NCBI GenBank assembly: GCA_035493515.1
Contig: DATJID010000007.1
Location: 55-64,054, forward strand
DNA from: Candidatus Binataceae bacterium
Lineage (GTDB): Bacteria > Desulfobacterota > Binatia > Binatales > Binataceae
Direction of reading: 5' to 3'
DNA: 64,000 nt
The notes under the pieces are model-generated. The model had not been told where the DNA came from. It did no database searches and saw only the letters and a program-made list of their open reading frames with translations. Positions 19,205 through 27,100 of the stretch are shown here, in pieces. The translations under genes and the position numbers were made by a program. How positions within the stretch are numbered: the stretch's first letter is position 1; each line of letters begins with the position of its first letter.

Positions 19205-20539
19205 ATGGCCGACAAGACGCGCATCGTTCCGCTCTCGGCCGAGCAGGAGAAATGGTACGGCCAGGCGTGTGACCGGCTCAATCCGGAGCGGCTCAAAAAG
19301 CTGCTCCTCCATTTAATCGACATCCACAGCCCCACGGGCGCGGAACGCCCGGCCAGCGAATTTGTCGCCGCCTACATGCGCGAGCATCTGGGCGAGCATT
19401 CTCTGTATCAGCCGATCGGCGAAGATACCGGCAACGCTATCGGCGAAATCCGCGGAAGCGGCGGTGGCGCGTCGCTACTGCTCTACGCTCCGATCGACAC
19501 TCACCTCGAGGCCGACCCGGAGCGCGACCTTCCATGGGTCGGGCCGACGTTGCGCGCCGACATGATGCCCAAGAGTTTCGCGCAAGGCGACCTGGTCTAT
19601 GGACTCGGCGCCGCCAATCCGAAGGGAATGGTCGCGAGCCTTACCGAAATCGCGACCGCGCTTCGCGAAGCGAAGGTGCCTATCCAGGGCGATCTGCAGG
19701 TGGGCTTTGCCGGCGGCGGCATGCCGGTAAGCCTGCCATATCGCAACAACTACGGAATGAGCGACGGCGTGTATCACATGCTCACGCGAGGGGTGGCGCC
19801 TGATTTCGCCGTGATCATGAAACCGTGGTGGGCGGTGTTCGCCGAGGAGCCCGGGATGTGCTGGTTCAAGGTCTCAGTGCGCGGCACGATGGGCTACGCG
19901 GGAATCACGCGCGGAACGCCCGGCTACAGAAGTTCGATCGTCCCCGCGGTTCGAGTAGTCGAAGAACTCGAAGCGTGGCTTCCGCAATATACAGCTCGCA
20001 ACACCTCGGGCACCGTGCTGCCGGAGGGTCATATTGCGGCGCTGCGCGCGGGATGGCCTGAGAAACCGGCCTTTCCCTCGGCCACCACGGAAATCTATCT
20101 CGACCTGCGATGCAATCCGCGCACCTCTCCCGGCGATGTCAAATCGCAATTCGCCGAGGCGATGCGCTCGATTCACGAGCGCCATCCGGACATCGCGTTC
20201 GACTGGGAGATGTTCGGCGCCTGCCCGGGCGGCGCCACTGATCCGCAAAACTGGATCGTGCAGTCGAGCTATCGCGGATGGGAGCGCGTCGAGGGCCGCC
20301 CCCACGGCGACGCCCCCAAAATGGGAGGCCAGACCGACGGCGCGCTCATCCGCCGCCTCGGTATCCCTTGCGCACGAATCGGTTATCCGTGGCCGCCCCA
20401 CGGATGCCCGGATGAATACAAAGAAGGCCTGGGCGGGATGGGCGTCGCGAGCATCAGGGACTTCATCAAGTCCGCGCGCGCGATCATGTACGTGGTCATC
20501 GATACGCTGACTCGCTCGCGCGCCGAACTCGGATTATGA
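19205..20539 (+). CDS. M20/M25/M40 family metallopeptidase (ArgE/DapE/carboxypeptidase-like)
   Basis: LLLHLIDIHSPTGAE..ASEFVAAYM N-terminus. ATG 19205 has AGGAG 8 nt upstream; the track ORF starts at GTG 19196. Confidence 0.8.
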   Translation: MADKTRIVPLSAEQEKWYGQACDRLNPERLKKLLLHLIDIHSPTGAERPASEFVAAYMREHLGEHSLYQPIGEDTGNAIGEIRGSGGGASLLLYAPIDTHLEADPERDLPWVGPTLRADMMPKSFAQGDLVYGLGAANPKGMVASLTEIATALREAKVPIQGDLQVGFAGGGMPVSLPYRNNYGMSDGVYHMLTRGVAPDFAVIMKPWWAVFAEEPGMCWFKVSVRGTMGYAGITRGTPGYRSSIVPAVRVVEELEAWLPQYTARNTSGTVLPEGHIAALRAGWPEKPAFPSATTEIYLDLRCNPRTSPGDVKSQFAEAMRSIHERHPDIAFDWEMFGACPGGATDPQNWIVQSSYRGWERVEGRPHGDAPKMGGQTDGALIRRLGIPCARIGYPWPPHGCPDEYKEGLGGMGVASIRDFIKSARAIMYVVIDTLTRSRAELGL

Positions 20540-20738
20540 GCGTAAGTCAGAACCAACAATTTCAGCCCGTGACTTCCCCACTTTCGTAGCTTTCGACGGC
20601 GTTGTGCCGTTCAACCACGTTCAGTGGTGATCTTAAATACGAGCAGTCTTCAAATCCTGTTAAAGTTTTGCTGCAGACATACCCCCGCCAAAGAACTAGG
20701 CTCTCTGACTGTCTCAAAATCAGTCGGTAGGAGAACCT

Positions 20739-21479
20739 GTGATGGCCATGAGCCTCCCGCAACGCACTGGAGCGGAATTCATCGGAACGTTTTGGCTGGT
20801 GTTGGGCGGATGCGGCAGCGCCGTCCTTGCTGCCGGCTTTCCCCATCTGGGAATCGGCTTCGCCGGAGTGGCGTTGGCGTTCGGGCTTACCCTGCTGACG
20901 ATGGCTTACGCGATTGGGCATATCTCTGGATGCCACATCAATCCGGCCGTGAGCTTTGGATTATGGGCGGGCGGCCGTTTTCCCGGTAAAGAACTCGCAC
21001 CCTATATTGCGGCGCAAGTGCTCGGCGGAATCTTCGCTGCCGCGGTCCTCTACATAATCGCTAGCGGCGCGCCGGGCTTCAGCCTGGCCGGGGGCTTCGC
21101 GGCCAACGGTTATGGCGCGCACTCGCCGGGCGGCTACAACCTCCTGGCGGCGTTCGTGTGCGAGATTGTGATGACCCTGATGTTCCTGTTCGTGATCATG
21201 GGCGCGACCGACCCGCGCGTGCCAGCCGGCTTCGCGCCGATACCTATCGGCCTGGTACTGACGCTTATCCATTTGATCAGCATTCCGGTGACCAACACTT
21301 CAGTTAACCCGGCTCGCAGCACGGGACCGGCGCTGTTCGTCGGCGGATGGGCGGTCGAGCAGTTGTGGCTGTTCTGGGTGGCCCCCATCCTGGGCGCAAT
21401 TCTCGGCGGGTCGCTCTATCGAACGCTGATGGCACAGTCGCCGGAGGCCGAAGCGGCGCGCCCGCCGCGCCCGATTTAG
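20739..21479 (+). CDS. aqpZ: aquaporin Z
   Basis: Near-colinear with E. coli AqpZ ([37 protein letters not shown]..., two NPA boxes NPAVS / NPARS). Confidence 0.95.
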   Translation: MMAMSLPQRTGAEFIGTFWLVLGGCGSAVLAAGFPHLGIGFAGVALAFGLTLLTMAYAIGHISGCHINPAVSFGLWAGGRFPGKELAPYIAAQVLGGIFAAAVLYIIASGAPGFSLAGGFAANGYGAHSPGGYNLLAAFVCEIVMTLMFLFVIMGATDPRVPAGFAPIPIGLVLTLIHLISIPVTNTSVNPARSTGPALFVGGWAVEQLWLFWVAPILGAILGGSLYRTLMAQSPEAEAARPPRPI

Positions 21480-21527
21480 GCGCAAAACGACAATATCCCG
21501 AGCGCGCAGAGCGCGCTCAGACGCCAC

Positions 21528-21561
21528 AAAAAACGGAGCGGAGCCGTCATGGCCCCGCTCC
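21528..21561 (-). terminator. rho-independent terminator of the ice-binding-like gene
   Basis: Minus strand reads GGAGCGG-13 nt loop-CCGCTCC followed by GTTTTTTG. Confidence 0.6.
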
Positions 21562-21584
21562 GCATCTGCATCGAATGTCCTCTC

Positions 21585-23309
21585 CTACGGAGTGGCTAGC
21601 ACAACCGTATTATCGTCCATCGTAACCGCGCCTGTTCCGGAGACGGCCCCAGCCAGTGCTCTGCCATTCAGCGTTGCGCCGCTCACCAGCGTGATTGAGG
21701 TATTGGCGAGAATGGTTCCGACAAATTGAGAACCGACGCCAATGGTCGCCGAGCTGCCCACTTCCCAGAAGATCTGTGAAGGTTTGGCCCCGCCCGCAAG
21801 AGTGATCCCGAATCCGGACGAAGTGGTCAGAGTTGAAGCGATCTGAAAGATAAAGACCGCGTTCGGATCGCCGCCGGCGTCCAGCGTGAGGTTACCGCCG
21901 CCCGATATCTCCGTCGAGGTTCCGGACCTGTAGAGGCCTGGGGTGAAGGTCAATCCACCCACATTGCCGTCGGCGGGAGTGAATGGCCCAACGCGGCCTG
22001 CAGCGTTGCCATACGCGATTCCGAGGGCTGCCTCGGCAGCCTGAGCAGTAGTGTCATTCACATGGACCGCTCCAGTCACTATCCCCGGCGGAAAATTAGT
22101 CATCGACGTGCCCGGCCAGATGCCCACATCTCCCGTAATCGTGGTCGGCGTCGATGTGTTGCTAACTCCGGCGGCGGCTAGGACCGCGAAGCTGGCAGCC
22201 GCGCCAAGCGGTACCGGGCTCAAATCCGAAGATGCGCCGGTGGTAAATTGCCATACCTTGTCAGCCGCCAGGGGGTTACCGGCAAGATCCTGGGCTTCGG
22301 TGGTAATCGTAGCGGTATACAGCGTGTTGTTCAGAAGATTCGCCTGCGGCACAAAGGTCGCCTGGGTCACGTTGTTTATCGAATCGTAAACATAAGTAAC
22401 GGTTCCCACTACGCTCCCACCCGACCAGGTCAGAAGGAAATTCCCGGTAGTAATCGTCGCGTAGTTCATCACTTCGCTGAAGGTCGCGCTGACTGTCTGA
22501 TCCAAAGGTACGCCCGTCGCACCATCGGCGGGAATCGTCGAAGTCACAGTCGGATCGACGGTATCCGGACTTGCGCCCGTAGTGAAACTCCATACATAGT
22601 CCGCGGCCAGCGGATTGCGGGCCACATCTTTGGCTCCGGTCGTAATCGTCGCGGTATACTGAGTGTTTATCTTCAACCCATACGTAGGAACAAATATCGC
22701 GGTTCCGGAAACGTAGTGGACGGCTCCTGCGATTGCGACGCCGCCTGGTTTAGTCACCTTGAAGTTGGTGGTGTTGATTGACGCGGGAGCCATGTCCTCG
22801 CTGAAGGTCGCGATGATGCGCTGATTAGTTGGTACACTCATCTGAAGGTCTGCGGGATCGGTCGAAGTCACCGTCGGCGCGGTGGTATCGGAGGCGGCGC
22901 CGGTAGTAAAGCTCCATTTATACGCTACCCCCATCGCGATGCCTGCCAGGTCCGACACCTCGGGTCTGATTCTGACGGTATACGTCGTATGGGGCGCCAG
23001 GTCGACCAGCGGCCTGAAGATCGCGGTCCGATTATATAAGGCGATGGTCCCGCTCACGGCAACGCCGTTCGGCTTCCGGACGATCAGACAGTCAGTCAGC
23101 GATGGCGCGGACATCTGCTGGCTGAAGGTGACTGCCACCGGCTGGTTGACCGCGACGCCAATCGCGTTATCAGCGGGATTTGTCGCGGTCACTTTGGGCA
23201 CAATCGAGCCTGGCCCTCCGTTCTGCGATCCACTGACTACTGCCCACGCGGACATGAACGCGACCAGGATTATCGCGATGAACCCGAATCTAAGCGGTTC
23301 TTGTTTCAT
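21585..23309 (-). CDS. secreted protein with three SbsA/Big_5-type Ig-like domains and a C-terminal DUF3494 ice-binding-like beta-helix domain
   Basis: Signal/TM at the N-terminus. Three repeats start VT(A/S)T.PAD... and end W.FTTGA. The C-terminal part begins LGAAASFAVLAAAGVSNTSTPTTITGDVGIWPG, the hallmark start of DUF3494 ice-binding family proteins. Confidence 0.8.
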   Translation of the reverse strand: MKQEPLRFGFIAIILVAFMSAWAVVSGSQNGGPGSIVPKVTATNPADNAIGVAVNQPVAVTFSQQMSAPSLTDCLIVRKPNGVAVSGTIALYNRTAIFRPLVDLAPHTTYTVRIRPEVSDLAGIAMGVAYKWSFTTGAASDTTAPTVTSTDPADLQMSVPTNQRIIATFSEDMAPASINTTNFKVTKPGGVAIAGAVHYVSGTAIFVPTYGLKINTQYTATITTGAKDVARNPLAADYVWSFTTGASPDTVDPTVTSTIPADGATGVPLDQTVSATFSEVMNYATITTGNFLLTWSGGSVVGTVTYVYDSINNVTQATFVPQANLLNNTLYTATITTEAQDLAGNPLAADKVWQFTTGASSDLSPVPLGAAASFAVLAAAGVSNTSTPTTITGDVGIWPGTSMTNFPPGIVTGAVHVNDTTAQAAEAALGIAYGNAAGRVGPFTPADGNVGGLTFTPGLYRSGTSTEISGGGNLTLDAGGDPNAVFIFQIASTLTTSSGFGITLAGGAKPSQIFWEVGSSATIGVGSQFVGTILANTSITLVSGATLNGRALAGAVSGTGAVTMDDNTVVLATP

Positions 23310-23864
23310 TGTTTGGATCTCTCTCCAGTTTCGAGGCTACAATTGAAGATGCGCCTGCTTGGGGTGCGCATCCCTGCACCGGTTATTTGACTTCGCGCTC
23401 ATCGAATGGATATCAAGTCGAAGTTTCAGTCTATCCCGTCGTCGGTACCGACACTATTACTCGCAGTCCAATAGGGTTACATAAAGAACCACTCGGGTCG
23501 AAGTCGCGATTATGTATCGGTTCTAATACATATATATTCATTGTCGCGATGATGGAGAATGTGGCCTCTGATTAGTTGATAGTGCGAAGCTGATAATGAT
23601 TGTTCTATCGTTAGTCTTTGTTAGGATCGATATGACTATTGTTCCGCCATCTTAGGAAGGTGTCGCCGCGTTTCCCATATCTGAGACAGTTGTGGCGGTC
23701 TCCAGGCCAAGGCTGGGCAAACACGGCGTTGCCGTAGAAAGGGTAAGCGCTCGGTTGCGGCGCCATCCGAGGCGACGCGCATACCTTGGAACGGGGTCAG
23801 GACGAGAGGCGACAGAAATGCGGTTGAAGATGGGGAAAAGTAGAGACGGGAGCGGATCTGGCGG

Positions 23865-24491
23865 CTACGGCCGCTTGAACATTCGCTCCAGCGCAGCCGG
23901 CACCTCACCCAGAGTCGCCACGCGATGCGGATGGATGACACGCTCGCCAACGCCGAGAAAGTGCGCTCTCGCAGCTTGCGCCGCTTCCGCGTCAATCTGG
24001 CTGTCGCCGACATATACGGCGCGTTCGGGCGCGACACCAGCGCGGTCGAGGCATAGACGCACGATGTCCGGTGCGGGCTTGGGACGGACCTTGTCGTATG
24101 CACTCGCGACTGCGTCGAAAACCCCGCCAAGGCCCAGGTGTTCGATCAGTCCGTGAGTAGTGGCCGAGCGGTTGGTCGCGAGCGCCACGCGGTAGCGGCG
24201 CTTCAATTCAAGCAGGAACGGCCGCAGTTCCAGCGGCGGACGCAACAACGCAAAGAAGGGGGCAAAGTCGAGCGACCGCGCGACCTCGCGCATCCGTGCG
24301 AGCTTGGTCAGATCCTCGCGCGCGCGCAGTTCGAAGACCGTCATGGCGGCCATGAAGATGCACGCGCGCTCTTCGTCGGGGTTGAGCGGCGGCTCGCCGA
24401 TCGCGGCGAAGATCGCGTTGTAGTATGCCGTATTGGATTCGGCCGACTCGAACAGCACGCCGTCGGCGTCAAAGATGACCAGTTCAAGCAT
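23865..24491 (-). CDS. HAD-superfamily hydrolase (phosphoglycolate phosphatase-like)
   Basis: MLELVIFDADGVLFES (DxDG motif I), ATNRS (motif II) and VGDSQIDAEAA (motif IV). Start set at M29 of the track ORF 23865..24575. Confidence 0.8.
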   Translation of the reverse strand: MLELVIFDADGVLFESAESNTAYYNAIFAAIGEPPLNPDEERACIFMAAMTVFELRAREDLTKLARMREVARSLDFAPFFALLRPPLELRPFLLELKRRYRVALATNRSATTHGLIEHLGLGGVFDAVASAYDKVRPKPAPDIVRLCLDRAGVAPERAVYVGDSQIDAEAAQAARAHFLGVGERVIHPHRVATLGEVPAALERMFKRP

Positions 24492-24627
24492 CGCCTTTTC
24501 GTCACCCTCCCCCCCGTAGCATAGCGAATCCGCGGGCCAGCATCGCGCATGCGGCAAGCACGGTCGCGGTTGCAAGTTTGAGGCTCTTTTGCTCCAAGGG
24601 AATTGACCAAGGAAGCGGCCACGGTTC

Positions 24628-25614
24628 GTGGGAGGAGCGCATCAGGTGAAAGCGATTGTCTTTGAACAACCCGGCGATCCCAGCGTGCTCAGGTATGTCG
24701 AGACGCCCAAGCCCGAACTCGCGTCCGGCACTGCGCTGGTCAAGGTACAGGCCGCCGGAATCAACTTCGCCGACACCTTCTTCATCCGCGGCGAGTACAT
24801 GATCAAACCTCGGCTGCCCGACACCCCGGGGATGGAAGCGGCCGGGGTGATCGAGGCCGTAGCGCCCGACGTGAAGGAGCTCAGGCCGGGAATGCGCGTG
24901 ACCTCGATCACGCTTAAGGCCTACGCCGAGTACTGCCTCGTCCGTGCCGCGCAGGTGATTCCGTTGCCCGACTTCGTCAGCTTCGAGGAGGGCGCCGCTT
25001 TTCCGATCCAGGTGCTGACCGCGTGGCATATCCTGCATACGGCGCATCGGACGACCCCGGGCCAGACCGTGGTTGTGCATTCCGCGGCGGGCGGCGTCGG
25101 AATCGTCGCGGTGCAGATCGCCAAGGCGGCCGGCGCGCGAGTGATCGGCACGGTGTCGAGCGACTCCAAAATCGCACTGGTCAAAGAGTACGGCGCCGAC
25201 GACGTAATCAATTACGAAAGCTCCAACTTCGCCGCCGAGACCATGCGCCTGACTGGCGGGCGCGGCGCCGACCTGATCCTGGACGCAGTGGGCAAGCCGA
25301 CCTTCGAGCCCGGGCTTAAGTGCCTCGCCCCCTTTGGCCATCTGCTGCTCTATGGACGCGCCGGCGGACCGCCTGACCCGCTCAACGTGTTCCGGCTGTT
25401 CGAGAAGTCGGCCAAGGTGAGCGGCTTTGTGCTGCCGGTGGTATTCGGGATGCCGGAGCTGATGCGCGAGGGAGTTGAAAAATCGTTTGCGCTAATGCGT
25501 GAGAAAAAAGTCAGGCTGGTGATCGGCAAAAGCTTTCCGCTCGCCCAAGCCCCCGAGGCACTTCGCCTGCTGCAATCTCGCCAGTCGGTCGGTAAGCTGG
25601 TGCTGGTACCGTAA
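24628..25614 (+). CDS. NADPH:quinone oxidoreductase / zinc-type alcohol dehydrogenase-like (MDR family)
   Basis: KAIVFEQPGDPSVL..VE.P.P, HSAAGGVGIVAVQIAKAAGARVIG Rossmann motif. The start could be GTG 24646. Confidence 0.85.
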   Translation: MGGAHQVKAIVFEQPGDPSVLRYVETPKPELASGTALVKVQAAGINFADTFFIRGEYMIKPRLPDTPGMEAAGVIEAVAPDVKELRPGMRVTSITLKAYAEYCLVRAAQVIPLPDFVSFEEGAAFPIQVLTAWHILHTAHRTTPGQTVVVHSAAGGVGIVAVQIAKAAGARVIGTVSSDSKIALVKEYGADDVINYESSNFAAETMRLTGGRGADLILDAVGKPTFEPGLKCLAPFGHLLLYGRAGGPPDPLNVFRLFEKSAKVSGFVLPVVFGMPELMREGVEKSFALMREKKVRLVIGKSFPLAQAPEALRLLQSRQSVGKLVLVP

Positions 25615-25649
25615 TCCGCAGAAGGCGGTCGCCGCCGTAGGGAGATTAG

Positions 25650-26378
25650 ATGACCCCGCAAGCAAATCAGCCAGGAGTCGCAATCGTGGTCGGCGTGGGA
25701 CCGGGTCTCGGCGCCGCGCTGGTGCGTCGCTTCGCCCAGGGCGGTCATCCGGTCGCGATGGTCGCGCGCTCGCGCGAGTTCATGGACCAGCTCGCCACCG
25801 AGGTCAAGGCAGCCGGTGGACGTATGCTCGCGGTCACCGCTGACGTTGGCGATGCGGAGCAGATTGCGCGCGCGTTCGACACTGTACGCGCGCAGCTCGG
25901 CGCGCCCGAGGTGCTGCTCTACAACGCCGGCAGCGGTAAATGGGGAACCATCGCCGAAATAACTCCCGCACAATACGAGGACTCCTGGCGGACCAACGCC
26001 TACGGCGCGTTTCTATGCGCCAAACAGGCGGTGTCCGACATGCTCAAACATCGACGTGGCGTGATGCTTTTCACCGGCGCGACGGCGGGAATCAAGGCAG
26101 GGCCCAAGTCAGCAGCCTTCGGACCGGCCAAGTTCGCGGTGCGCGGACTCGCGCAGTCGCTGGCGCGCGATCTCGGCCCGCGCGGAATTCACGTCGCCTA
26201 CGTCAATGTCGACGGCATGATCGATATGCCGGCCGTGCGCTCGCAAATGGCCTCGGTCAAGGACGAGGACCTGCTCAAGCCGGCCGCGATCGCCGACGCT
26301 TACTGGCACCTCGCCAATCAGGACCCGAGCGCATGGACGCAGGAACTCGACGTGCGCCCGTTCAAGGAGAAATTCTAG
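25650..26378 (+). CDS. short-chain dehydrogenase/reductase (SDR) family protein
   Basis: VVGVGPGLGAAL cofactor loop, NAGS, then AAFGPAKFAVRGL where YxxxK is expected (Phe at the Tyr position in my by-eye alignment). Confidence 0.8.
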   Translation: MTPQANQPGVAIVVGVGPGLGAALVRRFAQGGHPVAMVARSREFMDQLATEVKAAGGRMLAVTADVGDAEQIARAFDTVRAQLGAPEVLLYNAGSGKWGTIAEITPAQYEDSWRTNAYGAFLCAKQAVSDMLKHRRGVMLFTGATAGIKAGPKSAAFGPAKFAVRGLAQSLARDLGPRGIHVAYVNVDGMIDMPAVRSQMASVKDEDLLKPAAIADAYWHLANQDPSAWTQELDVRPFKEKF

Positions 26379-26428
26379 GCAACCCGGCGCGCTGCAGCGC
26401 ACGGGCTCATTGGGCAGTGAGTAGTGCG

Positions 26429-27043
26429 ATGAGTGTCCATTCGGCAAGCGGGCGCAAGTCGGTGCGGATTCCCAAGGGTCCGGCCAAGGTGATTCCATTA
26501 CCGACCGGACCGCGGCGGCGACGGCGCTACCGGCGCACGGTCGGGATAGGAATCGCGTCGATGGGCGTGGCGGCGGCTGGCGCGGCGCTGGTATGGCTTT
26601 ACCTTGTGCCGCTAATCGGCCTTGCGCCGGACCTGACGGCGGGAATGAGCGCGCAGGAAGGAGAAATTCTGCGGCTGGTCAACGACGAGCGCAGGCGTGG
26701 CGGCGCCCCGGCGCTTAAATCCTCGCGACGCCTGGTGTTGGCCTCGCGCGGACACAGCTACGACATGGCGCTGCGTAACTACCTCGGCCACGACGGTCCC
26801 GCCGGCGATACCCCCGCCGAGCGCGTGCGCGGCGTCGGTATCGACTCGGCCACCTTGGGTGAAAACATTTACCTGGACCGCGACACCGACTACGCGAAGC
26901 TCGCCGAGCGTACCGTAAAGGTATGGCTCAAGAGCCCCGAATATCGCGCCAAAATGCTCTCACGCGATTTCGCCACGACCGGCATAGGGATTGCGCGCGC
27001 CGCCGACGGCGCGGCCTACATCACGCAAGACTTTGCGAAGTAG
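26429..27043 (+). CDS. membrane-anchored CAP/SCP/PR-1 (YkwD-like) domain protein
   Basis: Arg-rich N-terminus, one TM helix, then E.LRLVNDERR..G.P.L......L...A..HS.DM....Y..H and WL.SP.HR..ML-type CAP motifs. ATG at 26429 lies within the longer track ORF 25940..27043. Confidence 0.75.
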   Translation: MSVHSASGRKSVRIPKGPAKVIPLPTGPRRRRRYRRTVGIGIASMGVAAAGAALVWLYLVPLIGLAPDLTAGMSAQEGEILRLVNDERRRGGAPALKSSRRLVLASRGHSYDMALRNYLGHDGPAGDTPAERVRGVGIDSATLGENIYLDRDTDYAKLAERTVKVWLKSPEYRAKMLSRDFATTGIGIARAADGAAYITQDFAK

Positions 27044-27100
27044 TCCGCCGAGGCAGACCTGTGCGCGGGGATCGACCTCGCGATCCGGGCAAACGCCTGG

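Noticed and set aside
21500-21518. Perfect palindrome GAGCGCGC-AGA-GCGCGCTC just after aqpZ.
   Set aside because: It could be a terminator or a protein-binding site, but it lacks a U-tract and I cannot distinguish these. Not called as a feature.
24480-24601. When hand-translating the printed sequence, the HAD gene and the antisense ORFs appeared shifted by one base at the line boundaries 24480/24481 and 24600/24601, which looked like a frameshift.
   Set aside because: The ORF track gives uninterrupted translations across both points, and coordinates agree on either side. I treat this as a reading or formatting artefact, not a real frameshift, and used the track coordinates there.
25940-26428. 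5' extension of the CAP-domain ORF overlapping the SDR gene.
   Set aside because: It is Arg-rich out-of-frame overlap with a well-supported SDR gene. ATG 26429 gives a sensible N-terminus.
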